Translations under genes and position numbers: made by a program | The notes under the pieces: generated by a model | The model's input: the letters and a program-made list of their open reading frames with translations, nothing else | Database searches by the model: none | Told to the model about the DNA's origin: nothing | Source of the DNA: Eubacteriales bacterium | GTDB taxonomy: Bacteria; Bacillota; Clostridia; Oscillospirales; QAKW01 | DNA: 62,979 nucleotides | Direction of reading: 5' to 3' | Assembly: GCA_045544995.1 (NCBI GenBank) | Contig: JAZQAE010000016.1 | Location: 1-62,979 of the forward strand | In this document: one piece after another, positions 39,338 to 50,935 of the stretch | Layout: every line of letters begins with the position of its first letter | Numbering within the stretch: position 1 is the first letter of the stretch

Positions 39338-40323
39338 AGGAATTGATCGTATCATCCTCACCCCACTCTAAAGACCATCGAACGGTCAGCAAGATTATGG
39401 GTTACGTTCTGGTGGCTCTTGCACCGGCTGCAGCCGGTGCGGTGATCTATTTCAAGTGGAAAGCGTTCTTTTTGATTTTGATCAGCGTTCTGTCTTGCGT
39501 TCTTTTTGAATATCTATATAATTTGATATTCAAAAAAACACAAACTCTTTATGATTGCTCTGCAATTGTGACCGGAGTGCTTTTAGCATTCAACCTTCCG
39601 CCATCTGCACCGTTATGGCTCCCACCGATTGGTGCGTTTTTTGCGATCGTTGTCGTAAAAATGTTGTTTGGCGGTCTTGGAAAAAATGTATTTAACCCTG
39701 CAATTGCGGGACGTATCTTTCTCTTTCTGTCCTTTTCCACCTTTATGAAAGGACCCTGGATCACTCCTTTTGATGGTGTGTCTTCTGCAACGCCGTTGTT
39801 TTATCTGAAGAATAGCGGGGGAGAACTTGTTAATATTACAAACAAATATACCGTCGTCGATTGCATGCTGGGCAGTATCGGTGGATGTATAGGGGAGACC
39901 AGTGCGGTTCTTTTATTGTTGGGAGGAATTTTTCTTCTCTATAAGAGGGTAATCACCTGGCATATTCCTGTTTCGTTTATCGGTACGGTCGCCATAGTTA
40001 CGTTACTGTTTCCCCGATTTCACGATATTTCTGCTTGGCAGTATATGCAGTATCATATTTATAGCGGCGGCTTGTTTTTAGGTGCCTTTTTTATGGCGAC
40101 TGATTATTCTACCAGTCCCATAACCCCCTGGGGACGTGTGATCTATGGTGTAGGATGCGGTCTCATAACGGTCTTTATCCGTTATTATGGCGGTTATCCG
40201 GAAGGTGTCTCTTTTGCCATTTTGCTGATGAACTGTTTTGCATCGTATTTAGATACAAAAACCATTCCTAAAAAATTTGGAGGTGAGCGTCATGTCTTCT
40301 CATTTGAAACATTCAAAAAATGA
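39334..40323 (+). CDS. rnfD: Rnf complex subunit RnfD
   Basis: SSSPH, FGGLGKNVFNPA, SATPL FMN site, GCIGETS, FFMATDY, GYPEGVSFAIL. Confidence 0.96.
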   Translation: MKELIVSSSPHSKDHRTVSKIMGYVLVALAPAAAGAVIYFKWKAFFLILISVLSCVLFEYLYNLIFKKTQTLYDCSAIVTGVLLAFNLPPSAPLWLPPIGAFFAIVVVKMLFGGLGKNVFNPAIAGRIFLFLSFSTFMKGPWITPFDGVSSATPLFYLKNSGGELVNITNKYTVVDCMLGSIGGCIGETSAVLLLLGGIFLLYKRVITWHIPVSFIGTVAIVTLLFPRFHDISAWQYMQYHIYSGGLFLGAFFMATDYSTSPITPWGRVIYGVGCGLITVFIRYYGGYPEGVSFAILLMNCFASYLDTKTIPKKFGGERHVFSFETFKK

Positions 40324-40909
40324 TTTCTTGCACATGGCGTTGCTTCTGTTTTTAATTACAGCGATCGTTGGTTGTATTCTCTCGGTCGTTCATTATTATA
40401 CTGATCCTGTCGTGGAACGTTCGGCGCAAGAGCGTTTGGAGGAATCCTTGTGTGAATTGTTTCCGGATGCCGAAAACTTTGAGATCCCGATCGAATATCC
40501 TCAGGAAATTCTATTGGGAACAGTTCGTGTTCCGGTTAAAACAGTTTATCTTGTTAAAGATCGTGCGTCTGAGGTATCCGGCTACTGCGTAAATGTGAGT
40601 CCTCAATCTTATTCGGATGCTTTAGATCTTCTTGTTGCAATGGATAAGACCGGTGCTGTCACGGACGTGGAGATTTTATCCATTTCCGATACCCCTGGAA
40701 TCGGTCTGAAGGTGCAGAGCAACAAAACGTTTAGATCCAGCGTGAAAGGCCTTGTTGATTCGGCAAAAATTGTAAAAGAAACTCCCTCTTCTAAAGAAGA
40801 GATCCAAGTAATTGCCGGAGCAACGGTTTCTTCGTCTGCCTATATTAACGGCGTGAATGCTGCCATTGAAGCAGTACAGATCCTTCGAGCGGAGGAGGTG
40901 CAGAAATGA
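40292..40909 (+). CDS. rnfG: Rnf complex subunit RnfG
   Basis: N-terminal TM, DTPGIG, IAGATVSS FMN motif; ATG after GGAGGTG. Confidence 0.9.
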   Translation: MSSHLKHSKNDFLHMALLLFLITAIVGCILSVVHYYTDPVVERSAQERLEESLCELFPDAENFEIPIEYPQEILLGTVRVPVKTVYLVKDRASEVSGYCVNVSPQSYSDALDLLVAMDKTGAVTDVEILSISDTPGIGLKVQSNKTFRSSVKGLVDSAKIVKETPSSKEEIQVIAGATVSSSAYINGVNAAIEAVQILRAEEVQK

Positions 40910-41508
40910 AACTGAAAGAATATTTTAAGTCCGGAATTCTTACGGAGAATCCGGTATTAATTCAACTGTTGGGGCTTTGTCCCACCTTAGCCACCTCTAC
41001 ATCATTGATCAATGCATTTTTTATGGGTCTTTCTGCTACATTGGTTTTGATTTGTTCCAATGTTTTAATTTCGTTATTACGAAAATTTATTCCGGAAAAG
41101 ATTCGTATTGTTGCCTATATTGCGATAATTGCCTGTTTTGTATCGGTGGTTGATATGTTGCTGGAAGCTTATTTTAACCCCATTTACAAAGCATTGGGCG
41201 TATTTATTCCGCTGATCGTCGTGAACTGTATCATTCTGGCTCGTGCAGAAAGCTTTGCTTCCGGAAATAAAGTCCTTCCCAGTTTTTTGGACGGCTTGAC
41301 CATGGGGCTTGGTTTTACCTTTGCTATTTCTCTTTTGGGCTTGATTCGTGAAGTGCTTGGAAACGGAACGATTTTTGGCCATGCTATTTTCGGCGGTGCC
41401 GCTCCTCTTGCTATATTGGCATTACCGGCCGGCGGCTTTTTAACCTTAGGCTTCCTGATGGCTTTGGCCCAGCACTTCATTAAACGTAGAGGAGGGAATG
41501 AATCATGA
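40906..41508 (+). CDS. rnfE: Rnf complex subunit RnfE
   Basis: ENPVLIQLLGLCPTLA, PLIVVNCIILARAE, IREVLGNG. Confidence 0.96.
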   Translation: MKLKEYFKSGILTENPVLIQLLGLCPTLATSTSLINAFFMGLSATLVLICSNVLISLLRKFIPEKIRIVAYIAIIACFVSVVDMLLEAYFNPIYKALGVFIPLIVVNCIILARAESFASGNKVLPSFLDGLTMGLGFTFAISLLGLIREVLGNGTIFGHAIFGGAAPLAILALPAGGFLTLGFLMALAQHFIKRRGGNES

Positions 41509-42101
41509 CAGAACTTAGTTTTGGCACCATTCTCGCCTTTGCAATTAATGCAATTTTGATTGAAAACATCGTCTTGAATCAATTCTTAGGGTGCTGTTCC
41601 TTTTTTGGTGTTTCTGAGAAGAAAGAAACAGCCCTTGGAATGGGCCTGTCCGTAACGTTTATCATGGGACTGTCCTCGATTGTTACTTATGGAATACATC
41701 ATTTGATTTTAGTTCCGTTGAAATTGGAGTATCTGCAAACGGTTTCCTTTGTGTTGGTGATTGCCGCCTTGGTTCAGTTTGTAGAAATGGTATTAAAGAA
41801 GTTTGCCCCAGTTCTTTATCGTGCATTGGGGATTTATCTTCCGCTCATTACAACGAATTGCGCAGTATTGGGCGTCTGTTTAAATAATATTCAGGACGGC
41901 TATTATTTTTGGACTTCGTTTTTTAATGCTGTCTTCACTGCAATCGGCTTTACGTTAGCGATTTGGATCTTTTCCTTGGTGCGTATTCGAATTGAAGAGA
42001 CCAGTGATATTCCGGAAGTATTTAAAGGGTTGCCTATTGCATTAATTTCGGCTGCTCTGTTATCATTTGGATTCATGGGCTTTAGCGGACTATCTTTCTA
42101 A
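41505..42101 (+). CDS. rnfA: Rnf complex subunit RnfA
   Basis: QFLGCC, LVQFVEM, LGIYLPLITTNCAVLG. Confidence 0.96.
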   Translation: MTELSFGTILAFAINAILIENIVLNQFLGCCSFFGVSEKKETALGMGLSVTFIMGLSSIVTYGIHHLILVPLKLEYLQTVSFVLVIAALVQFVEMVLKKFAPVLYRALGIYLPLITTNCAVLGVCLNNIQDGYYFWTSFFNAVFTAIGFTLAIWIFSLVRIRIEETSDIPEVFKGLPIALISAALLSFGFMGFSGLSF

Positions 42102-42113
42102 AAGGGGGAACTG

Positions 42114-42920
42114 ATGATGTGGATTGATGTTTTAAAAGCGGTTCTTACTTTGGGTTTGATTGGCGGTCTTTTGGGCGGTGGTTTGAGTTTTGCCGGTAAG
42201 GTTTTCCGTGTTCGTGAAGATAAACGCCGGGAAAAGATCATGGCGGTGTTGCCTGGAGCGGACTGCGGAATGTGCGGTTACCGTAGTTGTTCCCGCTATG
42301 CTGAGGCATTATTGAACGGAGATAAGGATTGCGCCAGGTGTCTTGTTGCGCAAGCAGAAGGTGCAGAAGCCTTGGCGGACATTTTAGGAATTAAGGATTT
42401 TAAATTTCATGAGAAGGTCGCTCATATCCGTTGTCATGGAAGTCATGATTTTGCAAGCCGTAAATATATCTATTATGGTATGAATGATTGTGAAGCGGCC
42501 AGCCGGCTTTTAGGTGGGTATATGACCTGTCAGTATGGCTGCCTGGGGTTTGGGAATTGCGTTGAGAAATGTCCCCAGAATGCGATCAGCATTCAAAATG
42601 GCGTAGCGCTTGTGGATCGTGAGCTTTGTAACGGATGCGGAATTTGTTTATCCGCTTGTCCTAAAAATGTCATCGAATTGATTCCTAAAGACAGCCATAT
42701 TATGATTAACTGTTCCAGCAAGGATAAAGGGGCTAAAACCCGGGTTGCTTGCAATATTGGGTGTATTGGCTGTAAGAATTGCGAGAAGAACTGCCCGGAG
42801 GGTGCCATCTCTGTTAAAGGAAATGTCTCGGTCATTGACTATGAAAAATGTATTGGATGCGGATTATGTGCAGAGAATTGTCCCCGTAATATTATTGAGA
42901 TTCCGGCGGTGGTAACATGA
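42114..42920 (+). CDS. rnfB: Rnf complex subunit RnfB
   Basis: TM anchor, LPGADCGMCGY, multiple CxxCxxCxxxCP motifs. Confidence 0.94.
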   Translation: MMWIDVLKAVLTLGLIGGLLGGGLSFAGKVFRVREDKRREKIMAVLPGADCGMCGYRSCSRYAEALLNGDKDCARCLVAQAEGAEALADILGIKDFKFHEKVAHIRCHGSHDFASRKYIYYGMNDCEAASRLLGGYMTCQYGCLGFGNCVEKCPQNAISIQNGVALVDRELCNGCGICLSACPKNVIELIPKDSHIMINCSSKDKGAKTRVACNIGCIGCKNCEKNCPEGAISVKGNVSVIDYEKCIGCGLCAENCPRNIIEIPAVVT

Positions 42921-43396
42921 TGAATCAAGAATTAGCCTTAGAATTAGTTCGTAAATTACAGGATCATCATCTCGAAATTGCGCATGCTGAATCATGCACC
43001 GGCGGTCTGTTATCCAAGTATATTACCGATCAGCCGGGGGCGTCCCGGGTCTTTCAATGCGGTGTTGTTTCCTATAGCGGAAAGATCAAACATCAGATTT
43101 TAGGTGTTTCTCAGGAAACGATAAATCAACACGGTGAAGTCAGTGCTGAGACAGCGCTTGAGATGGCCGATGGCGTTCGCCGGCTTGCGAATAGCCAGAT
43201 TGGCGTTGGAATTACCGGAATTGCCGGGCCCGGCGGCGGATCCAAGGAAAAGCCGGTGGGATTGGTGTATTTTGCTGTTTCCTATCGGGATCACTGTGAA
43301 GCCGTACGTTTGGAATTGTTTGATTTAAAGACACGGGAAGAAGTTCGTGAAACAACCGTTCAGTCCGTGTTAGAGTATTTGTTAAAGATCATATAA
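42917..43396 (+). CDS. CinA C-terminal / PncC-like NMN deamidase
   Basis: AESCTGG, PGAS, ITGIAGPGGGS..KPVGLVY. Confidence 0.9.
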   Translation: MMNQELALELVRKLQDHHLEIAHAESCTGGLLSKYITDQPGASRVFQCGVVSYSGKIKHQILGVSQETINQHGEVSAETALEMADGVRRLANSQIGVGITGIAGPGGGSKEKPVGLVYFAVSYRDHCEAVRLELFDLKTREEVRETTVQSVLEYLLKII

Positions 43397-43427
43397 AAAA
43401 GAGTCCATGGTTTCCATGGACTCTTTT
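43397..43427. terminator. Bidirectional terminator
   Basis: AAAAGAGTCCATGG-TTT-CCATGGACTCTTTT between convergent genes. Confidence 0.85.
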
Positions 43428-44394
43428 ATATTTTGATTGCTTGAAGATCATCTTCATGCGTAAAGTGTAAAGTGTAGCCTTTGCTTTTCCAATATTCCAA
43501 GTTTTTCTTTTTCTGTCCGGTTGCAATCGAGAGTTCGTTTTGTTTTATATAGATCAAAACGTTTCCCGGTGTTTGAGGTAATTTACTCTTTAATCGTTCG
43601 TTCCATAAGGCAGTTTTAACCATCTCGCCGAAAGCGGGATGAAACGCACCTGCAACGGCACCATCCGCTTGATGTAATCCGACTTTTAAAAGATGGATCC
43701 CCTGGTGTTCTAAATGGGAAGCAATTGGAACGATCCAATCTAAAGCCTCATCAACCGTCAGAGGAGCGTATCGGCCTGCTTTAAACTGTTTATAAAGATC
43801 TGTTCCCGGAAATACAACCGCCGGATATAAGCGCATTTCTTTTGGATTAAGTGCCGCCAATTTTACTGCGGTTTCATGAGCGATCTCTTTACTGTCACCC
43901 GGTAGACCGATCAACATTTGTAGTCCCAACTCAAATCCATACTCGTGAATAAGGTTTGCCGCTTGTGCGGTATCTTCCGGCGTGTGCCCCCGATTTGCTC
44001 GACGTAGGATTTCCGAATTCATGCTCTGTGCGCCAAGTTCGATATTTTGAACTCGATATTCTTTTAAAAGGGATAAAATCTCAGGGGTGATCCCATCGGG
44101 ACGTGTGGAAATACGAATTCCGGTGAAATCCTCTCGTTCAATATATGGGCGTGTAACCTCTAAATAAGCGGTCATTTGCTCTCGAGGGATGCAGGTGAAG
44201 GAACCTCCGAAAAAAGCGATCTGCGTCAAATCTGCTCGATGTGAGGGCAGATTGACGCAGTTTTCGATCATTTCATGTACTTTTTCCAGTGAAGGTGGTT
44301 TCGACTGCCCACTGATCTGTCGCTGATCGCAAAAGGAACAACGATGCGGACAACCCGCATGAGGAATAAAGATGGCTAAATTACGGTGTTTCAT
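43426..44394 (-). CDS. Radical SAM protein (Elp3/YhcC-like)
   Basis: FIPHAGCPHRCSFCDQ, FFGGSFT, ISTRPD, ELGAQS, QMLIGLPG. Confidence 0.88.
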   Translation of the reverse strand: MKHRNLAIFIPHAGCPHRCSFCDQRQISGQSKPPSLEKVHEMIENCVNLPSHRADLTQIAFFGGSFTCIPREQMTAYLEVTRPYIEREDFTGIRISTRPDGITPEILSLLKEYRVQNIELGAQSMNSEILRRANRGHTPEDTAQAANLIHEYGFELGLQMLIGLPGDSKEIAHETAVKLAALNPKEMRLYPAVVFPGTDLYKQFKAGRYAPLTVDEALDWIVPIASHLEHQGIHLLKVGLHQADGAVAGAFHPAFGEMVKTALWNERLKSKLPQTPGNVLIYIKQNELSIATGQKKKNLEYWKSKGYTLHFTHEDDLQAIKI

Positions 44395-45089
44395 GCCTGC
44401 TCTTCACCCATCAGCTTCAGCGCTTCTTTTGCGGCCATTTGTTCGGCTTCTTTTTTACTTTTGCCGATGCCTTTGCCAAGAAGATTGCTGTTCAAGAAAC
44501 AATGTACTTCAAAAACCTTCGCATGATCAGGGCCGGAGGAACGAACTAATTCATAGTGAATTAATTCACCCGGGTTCTGCTGAGCAATTTCTTGAAGTGT
44601 TGTTTTATAGTCGTAACTATGGACGTTACCTTCAATTTCTTTGGCGCCTTGAATAATGTAGGGAAGAACAAAGTTCTTGGCATTCTCCAATCCGCCATCC
44701 AGATAGATCGCTGCCAAGAGTGCCTCAAATGCATCGGAAAGAATGGACGGACGTGTTCTGCTGCCGGAACGTTCCTCGCCGTGTCCTAATAAAAGTTCTT
44801 CTCCAAGATTGATCTTTTGCGCAAAACCAAAAAGAGAGTTCTCGCAAACCAGGAGCGCTCTCATCTTGGTAAGTTTACCTTCCGGAAGATGCTGATAATG
44901 AGAGAAGAGGTACTCTGCTGACACTAAACTTAAAACCGAATCGCCCAAAAACTCCAAACGCTCATTGGAGCCGGAAACCTCGTGGCGATGCTCATTGGCA
45001 TAACTGGAGTGCGCCAATGCATGTTTCAGCAATTCTTCGTTGCGAAATTGATAATGAATATTATTTTGAAGACGTTTGAGGTCGGACAT
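44391..45089 (-). CDS. rnc: Ribonuclease III
   Basis: NERLEFLGDSVL, SDAFEA, dsRBD GKSKKEAEQMAA. Confidence 0.98.
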   Translation of the reverse strand: MSDLKRLQNNIHYQFRNEELLKHALAHSSYANEHRHEVSGSNERLEFLGDSVLSLVSAEYLFSHYQHLPEGKLTKMRALLVCENSLFGFAQKINLGEELLLGHGEERSGSRTRPSILSDAFEALLAAIYLDGGLENAKNFVLPYIIQGAKEIEGNVHSYDYKTTLQEIAQQNPGELIHYELVRSSGPDHAKVFEVHCFLNSNLLGKGIGKSKKEAEQMAAKEALKLMGEEQA

Positions 45090-45090
45090 T

Positions 45091-45309
45091 TTACTTGCTG
45101 ATGTAGTTGATCAGATCGCTGACGCTCTTCAGGGTCTCCAGGTCTTCGTCTTTGATCTGAACGTCAAATTCATCTTCAATAGCCATAATAACTTCAACCA
45201 TGTCCAAGGAATCGGCACCGAGATCTTCCAGGGTGGTTTCCAAAGTAACCATGTCCTCGTCGGTGATACCTAATTGATCAATAATAATAGCTTTTACTTT
45301 TTCAAACAT
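45091..45309 (-). CDS. acpP: Acyl carrier protein
   Basis: DLGADSLD phosphopantetheine site; start at MFEKVK. Confidence 0.96.
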   Translation of the reverse strand: MFEKVKAIIIDQLGITDEDMVTLETTLEDLGADSLDMVEVIMAIEDEFDVQIKDEDLETLKSVSDLINYISK

Positions 45310-45347
45310 AATAATGTAATCCTTTCGAATTGATTTATACAACTAAT

Positions 45348-45376
45348 ATAGTATCTGTTTCCATGAAAAATGTCAA
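45348..45376 (-). promoter_or_regulatory. Internal sigmaA promoter for acpP-rnc
   Basis: TTGACA-17-TACTAT on the minus strand. Confidence 0.65.
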
Positions 45377-45381
45377 GAGGA

Positions 45382-46377
45382 TTATTCCTCAGCCAAGGCT
45401 TTTTCGATCTCACGGATCATCCCACTCTCGGCAAACGTACAAGCTTGACGAATAGCATTTTTAAACGCCCTTGCATCAGAGGAACCGTGCGCTTTGATCA
45501 CCGGTTTGCTGATGCCCAAGAGGGGAGCGCCGCCATACTCTTTATAGTCGAGTTTATTACGAAACTCTTTGATTTCACTCATAACCAGGAGTGCGGCTAT
45601 TTTAGATTTAAGGTTCTTGGTAAAGATCTCTTTTAAAGAACCGGAGATTAATTTACCCCAACCTTCGGAAACTTTCAAAGTAATATTTCCGCTAAATCCA
45701 TCTGCTACCACAACGTCACTACCGCCCAAGGGAACTTCACGACCTTCAATATTCCCGATAAAGTTGATGTTTTTATTCGCTTTGAGCAGTTGATAGGATT
45801 CTTTTTGCAATTCCGGGCCCTTGCATTCTTCGGTACCGTTGTTTAAAAGTGCCACACGGGGATTTTCAATGCCCAGGCAAGATTTCATATAAAGACTGCC
45901 CATCATACCAAATTGATTTAAATATTCGGGCTTGCACTCCACGTTTGCGCCGCAATCCAGCATGATATAAGGCCCTTTGGTAGAGGGCATTACGGCGCCC
46001 AGAGCTGCACGCTTGATGCCGCGGATTCGTTTTACTAAAAGGGTTGCCCCCACCAGAACAGCACCGCTATTTCCGGCACTTACAAAAGCATCAGCCTTAT
46101 CTTCCTTCAGCAATTTAAATGCGATCGCCATGGAACTGTACTGTTTTTCTTTTAAAACAGAAGTGGGGTCGTCTTCCATCGTTAAAATATCAGGTGCATC
46201 TACCAATTCGATGTTGGTGTACGGCAGACCGTTTTCGTTCATAACCTGTTGCAATTCATTTTTTCTGCCGACCAGCAAAATGGAGAGGTCGCCCAACTCT
46301 TTGACTGCCAAGCAACAGCCCTTAATGATTTCCAGCGGTGCATGATCACCGCCGTGTGCATCGACTACTATTCTCAT
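45382..46377 (-). CDS. plsX: Phosphate acyltransferase PlsX
   Basis: [35 protein letters not shown]. Confidence 0.97.
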   Translation of the reverse strand: MRIVVDAHGGDHAPLEIIKGCCLAVKELGDLSILLVGRKNELQQVMNENGLPYTNIELVDAPDILTMEDDPTSVLKEKQYSSMAIAFKLLKEDKADAFVSAGNSGAVLVGATLLVKRIRGIKRAALGAVMPSTKGPYIMLDCGANVECKPEYLNQFGMMGSLYMKSCLGIENPRVALLNNGTEECKGPELQKESYQLLKANKNINFIGNIEGREVPLGGSDVVVADGFSGNITLKVSEGWGKLISGSLKEIFTKNLKSKIAALLVMSEIKEFRNKLDYKEYGGAPLLGISKPVIKAHGSSDARAFKNAIRQACTFAESGMIREIEKALAEE

Positions 46378-47702
46378 AAAAGTTCTCCTTCAAATAAAGC
46401 AGAATTGTTTTTGATCTCTTCGATCAATGAAAGGCTTCTTTGTGAGGTGGCAAGGTAGCGGTCCGCTTTTTTGCGTACACGCTCATCTAAAGAAGCGATG
46501 ATACCGAAATTAATATTCATGGGTTGGAAATTCTCGGAATTTCCGTTGCTGATGTAAAGCCCCAGTGCACCAATGGCAGTTTTGTCTGTAAAGTGGGGCA
46601 GAGGGATCTCAAGAATTTTAGCTGCCAGCGAAAGCCCGGCCATCATTCCGGATGATGCGGATTCCACATACCCTTCAACGCCGGTCATCTGACCTGCAAA
46701 ATAGAGCGTATCTTTTTCTTTTACGCTAAAATCGGCATTCAATAAAACCGGTGCGTTGAGATAGGTGTTGCGGTGCATCACGCCGTAGCGGACAAATTCA
46801 GCGTTTTCCAACCCCGGAATCATTGAGAAGACCCGTTTTTGTTCCGGAAATTTCAAGTGGGTTTGGAATCCTACAATATTGTATAAAGTACCTGCGGCAT
46901 TATCCTTTCTTAATTGGACAACCCCATGGGAACGAATTCCGGTGCGGTCATCCACGAGTCCAACCGGCTTTAACGGACCGTACCGCATGGTATCTTCGCC
47001 ACGCCGTGCCATCTCTTCGATCGGCATACAGCCTTCAAAGACCTGATGGTCAAAATCGTGAAGTTCTGCACATTCTGCCGTTAAGAGCGCTTGATAAAAA
47101 GCCTCGTACTCTTCTTTGCTCATCGGACAGTTGATATAGTCCGGTGTCCCTTTGTTGTAACGGGACGCAAAGAAGGCTTTATCCATATTGATGCTCTCAA
47201 AAGTGACAATAGGGGCGGCGGCATCGAAAAAGGAAAGATATTCGTTGCCGAAAAACTCTGCAATGGATTTGGAAAGCGGTTCTGCTGTCAAAGGGCCGGT
47301 GGCGATGATCACGTTTTCCTCATCCGGAATGGTATGAACTTCCTCTTCAATTACGGTGATCAGAGGATGTTCCCGAATTGTTTTTGTCACCGCTGCTGAG
47401 AAGGCGGTGCGATCCACTGCCAAAGCACCGCCTGCAGGAACCTGGGTTGCATCGGCGGCATCCATGATGACAGAACCTAACCGACGCATTTCCTCTTTTA
47501 AGAGACCTACTGCATTGGTCAGACCGGCTCCCCGCAGAGAATTAGAACATACTAATTCAGCAAAATCCGGTTGATGGTGCGCAGGGGTGAATTGCTTTGG
47601 CTTCATCTCATAAAGGATGACGGGAATACCCCGTTTTGCCAATTGATACGCCGCTTCGCATCCGGCTAATCCTGCGCCGATTACGGTAGCGTGTTTATTC
47701 AT
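46374..47702 (-). CDS. trmFO: FAD-dependent tRNA (uracil-5-)-methyltransferase TrmFO
   Basis: [49 protein letters not shown]. Confidence 0.97.
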   Translation of the reverse strand: MNKHATVIGAGLAGCEAAYQLAKRGIPVILYEMKPKQFTPAHHQPDFAELVCSNSLRGAGLTNAVGLLKEEMRRLGSVIMDAADATQVPAGGALAVDRTAFSAAVTKTIREHPLITVIEEEVHTIPDEENVIIATGPLTAEPLSKSIAEFFGNEYLSFFDAAAPIVTFESINMDKAFFASRYNKGTPDYINCPMSKEEYEAFYQALLTAECAELHDFDHQVFEGCMPIEEMARRGEDTMRYGPLKPVGLVDDRTGIRSHGVVQLRKDNAAGTLYNIVGFQTHLKFPEQKRVFSMIPGLENAEFVRYGVMHRNTYLNAPVLLNADFSVKEKDTLYFAGQMTGVEGYVESASSGMMAGLSLAAKILEIPLPHFTDKTAIGALGLYISNGNSENFQPMNINFGIIASLDERVRKKADRYLATSQRSLSLIEEIKNNSALFEGELL

Positions 47703-49770
47703 TGTTTTTTTCCTGCTTTCCGCACTGTGGATTGGAGCAATAGGTTCCTTTTCCACGTCCGTAATGCTTGAATAAGGGGGATCCGCATTTCTCACATTTT
47801 TTAGTGAGGGGCTCATCCCAAGTCATAAAGTCACAAGTTGGGTTGTGTTCGCATCCATAGTAGGTTTTTCCTGTTTTAGAACGCTTTTTAAGGATCTTTC
47901 CTCCGCATTTGGGGCAGGGGACTTGTGTATCATGGACGATTGCCTTGGTGAACCGGCAATCCGGATAACCGGGACAAGCCAGGAATTTGCCAAACCGACC
48001 GCTTTTGATTACGAGGTTCTTGCCACAGTTGGGGCAGACTTCTTCTGTCACTTCATCCGGCACCTTAACACGCTCTGTTAAGGTCTTTTCAGCCTCATCA
48101 AGGGTTTTAACAAATAGGTCGTAGAAATGACCAACGATTTCCTGCCACTCGACGGAACCTTCCTCAACCTTATCCAGTTCCGTTTCAAGATGCGCTGTAA
48201 AGTCATAGTCCACAATAGAAGCAAAGTGGTCTTTCATTAACTTTGTCGTCACTTCGCCGAGGAGTGTGGGCTTTAAGGTTTTTCCTTCTCGCTCCACGTA
48301 TTCACGGGCGAGGATCGTGGTGATGATAGGAACAAAGGTGGAAGGTCTGCCAATCTCATTTTCTTCCAAAGCCTTGATCAAAGAGGCTTCGGTGTAGCGG
48401 GAAGGCGGCTGAGTAAAGTTCTGCACCTTATCCAAGGTTTGAAGCACCATCTTTTCGCCGGTCTCTACTTTATACAGACGGCGTTGATTTTTCTCTTTAT
48501 CTTCACTTTCCTGATAAGCGGAGGTAAAACCTTTGAATTTTACGACCTGGCAATTGGATTTGAAGATATAGGTTCCGTCGCTGATCTCCACGGCAAGGGT
48601 GTCATAGACGGCTTCAGCCATCTGGCTTGCCAAAAAGCGGTCGTAGATCAACTTATAGATGCGATACTGATCGGAGGTGCAGGTCAATTTTGCCTGTTCC
48701 GGCGTAATGGAAATATCCGTGGGACGAATGGCCTCATGTGCATCCTGCGCATTCTTCTTCGTTTTGAAATAACGGCGGCGAGGGGGATAGTATTCTTTAC
48801 CAAAGGTTTCAATAATGTGTGCCTTAGCTGCGGCAGCCGCTTCATCTGAAATTCTCAGAGAGTCGGTACGCATATAGGTGATAAGACCCACCAAGCCGAT
48901 TCCGGTCACTTCCACACCTTCATAAAGTTCTTGCGCCGCCTTCATGGTTCTCTTGGCCTGGAAATTATACCGTCTGGAAGCTTCTTGCTGAAGGGTAGAG
49001 GTGGTAAAGGGCGGAGCGGGCGACTTCTTTTTTTCAGCCTTTTTAATGTCAGTGATAGAGAAATCGGCATCCTTCAAAGCGTTATAGATTTTTTTAGCCT
49101 CATCCCCGTTGCTGATCTCCAGAGCCCCTTTATTTGTTCCATGGAATTTTGCCTCGATCTTTGCAGAACCATCCGCCTGAGTAAAGGTGGCGTCTAAATT
49201 CCAGTATTCCTTTGGAACAAACGCTTTGATCTCTTCTTCACGATCCACGATCATAGCAGTAGCTACCGATTGGACACGGCCGGCAGAAAGGCCTTTTTTT
49301 ACCTTTCTCCAGAGGAACGGACTTAATTTATAACCTACGATACGATCCAGAACACGCCGTGCCTGCTGTGCATCTACCAAGTTCATATTGATCTCAGTCG
49401 GATTGGCAACCGCATTCTGTAATGCACCTTTGGTAATTTCGTTAAAGACGATTCGCTTGCACTGATCCGGCTGTAGACCAAGCAGGGTGGAAAGATGCCA
49501 AGAAATAGCTTCACCTTCACGATCCGGGTCCGTTGCGAGATAAACCATATCGGCCTTTTGCGCTTCTTTCTTTAACGCACGGATCAACTCGCTTTTTCCT
49601 CGAATGGAAATGTATTTCGGCGTAAAGTTATGCTCCACGTCGATACCAAAATCACTCTTGGGCAGATCACGAATGTGACCCATGGAAGCCATAACCTTAT
49701 ATTTTTTACCAAGGTATTTTTCAATGGTTTTCGCCTTGGCAGGAGACTCAACGATTAATAAATTAGACAT
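47695..49770 (-). CDS. topA: DNA topoisomerase I
   Basis: [34 protein letters not shown]-terminal zinc ribbons. Confidence 0.98.
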   Translation of the reverse strand: MSNLLIVESPAKAKTIEKYLGKKYKVMASMGHIRDLPKSDFGIDVEHNFTPKYISIRGKSELIRALKKEAQKADMVYLATDPDREGEAISWHLSTLLGLQPDQCKRIVFNEITKGALQNAVANPTEINMNLVDAQQARRVLDRIVGYKLSPFLWRKVKKGLSAGRVQSVATAMIVDREEEIKAFVPKEYWNLDATFTQADGSAKIEAKFHGTNKGALEISNGDEAKKIYNALKDADFSITDIKKAEKKKSPAPPFTTSTLQQEASRRYNFQAKRTMKAAQELYEGVEVTGIGLVGLITYMRTDSLRISDEAAAAAKAHIIETFGKEYYPPRRRYFKTKKNAQDAHEAIRPTDISITPEQAKLTCTSDQYRIYKLIYDRFLASQMAEAVYDTLAVEISDGTYIFKSNCQVVKFKGFTSAYQESEDKEKNQRRLYKVETGEKMVLQTLDKVQNFTQPPSRYTEASLIKALEENEIGRPSTFVPIITTILAREYVEREGKTLKPTLLGEVTTKLMKDHFASIVDYDFTAHLETELDKVEEGSVEWQEIVGHFYDLFVKTLDEAEKTLTERVKVPDEVTEEVCPNCGKNLVIKSGRFGKFLACPGYPDCRFTKAIVHDTQVPCPKCGGKILKKRSKTGKTYYGCEHNPTCDFMTWDEPLTKKCEKCGSPLFKHYGRGKGTYCSNPQCGKQEKNNE

Positions 49771-49783
49771 TTAGGGACCTCTC

Positions 49784-50935
49784 TTATAGAATAACTTTAA
49801 ATTTACTGCCGGGGCAGGAGACCGCTAACCCTTTGAATTCCAGCATTGTAAGACTTTGCAAAACGGATTCCATGGGAATTTCGGCATTTTCAATTAAGTA
49901 ATCAGTGGTACATTCTTCGGTGGTCAGCAGATCAAAGACCGCTTGCTCCTCGGGAGATAACTGTTTGCGGTGTTTCTTTTTATAAGCGATCAATTTATCT
50001 TCCGTCAATTCATCTTGCAGTGAAAATACCTTTTCCCGGGAACAGGCAAGTTCAGTCAGACGATCCTTAAAAGAGGAGAGATAATGCTGAAGAATGTCGG
50101 TATATTCGGTAACGGGATAGCACCCTTGTTTGATCAAATTGTTGCTTCCCTCTGCCGTAGGAGAAGCATTTGCCATTACGGCAAAAAGATCACGATTTTG
50201 CTCGATGGCATAATTTGCAGTCATCAGCGCACCGCTTCGTTTAGGGGCTTGAATCACCAAAGTACCATTAGAAAGTCCGCTTAAGATGCGGTTTCGTTCG
50301 TGGTATGAAAAGCGATGGGAATGATTGCGAGGAAAGACTTCGCTGATTAATGCGCCTTTGGAAAGGATATCCGGAAAATTCTTAGTAGAATAACCTTTGG
50401 TGGATAAAATTCCAAAGGGGAGAACAGCCAATGGTCCACAGTCTGCCCTCAATGCACTTTCACAGACAAAACGATCAATACCGTCTGCAATTCCGCATGC
50501 AACACTAAACCCACAATAGCAAAGCGCAGTCGTAAGCTCTTTAGCCATTGCTTCTCCATATCCGTCGTGGGAGCGGGTTCCTACGATGGTGAGAAGAGGT
50601 TTATCTAACGCAGATTTTAAATGACCTTTAAAAAAGAGGGGAGAGGGCGGATTGACGATCTCTTTTAAGAGGGGCGGATACATAGAATCCTCCGGTGTCA
50701 AAATACCGATCTGATTTTCTTCGCAATCCCCGTAAATCTCCCAAGCGGAACGCAGATCTTTTCTGGATAATTCTAACTGCTCTCTCAATGTCAAAAAGGA
50801 GAACTCGGAGAAGTCACCCGTTTCATAGACTGCCTCAATAGAGCCTAATAATTCCACCAATCTGAGCAGTTTCTTATTGTTAAAGTTCAGTACTTCCTTG
50901 GCCCAAAGCCAAAGGATATGATGATTTATCTCCAT
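49784..50935 (-). CDS. dprA: DNA-processing protein DprA (divergent)
   Basis: YPPLLKEI, IVGTR, GIADGID, RNRILSGLS, SGALMTA, C-terminal wHTH; upstream of topA. Confidence 0.88.
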   Translation of the reverse strand: MEINHHILWLWAKEVLNFNNKKLLRLVELLGSIEAVYETGDFSEFSFLTLREQLELSRKDLRSAWEIYGDCEENQIGILTPEDSMYPPLLKEIVNPPSPLFFKGHLKSALDKPLLTIVGTRSHDGYGEAMAKELTTALCYCGFSVACGIADGIDRFVCESALRADCGPLAVLPFGILSTKGYSTKNFPDILSKGALISEVFPRNHSHRFSYHERNRILSGLSNGTLVIQAPKRSGALMTANYAIEQNRDLFAVMANASPTAEGSNNLIKQGCYPVTEYTDILQHYLSSFKDRLTELACSREKVFSLQDELTEDKLIAYKKKHRKQLSPEEQAVFDLLTTEECTTDYLIENAEIPMESVLQSLTMLEFKGLAVSCPGSKFKVIL

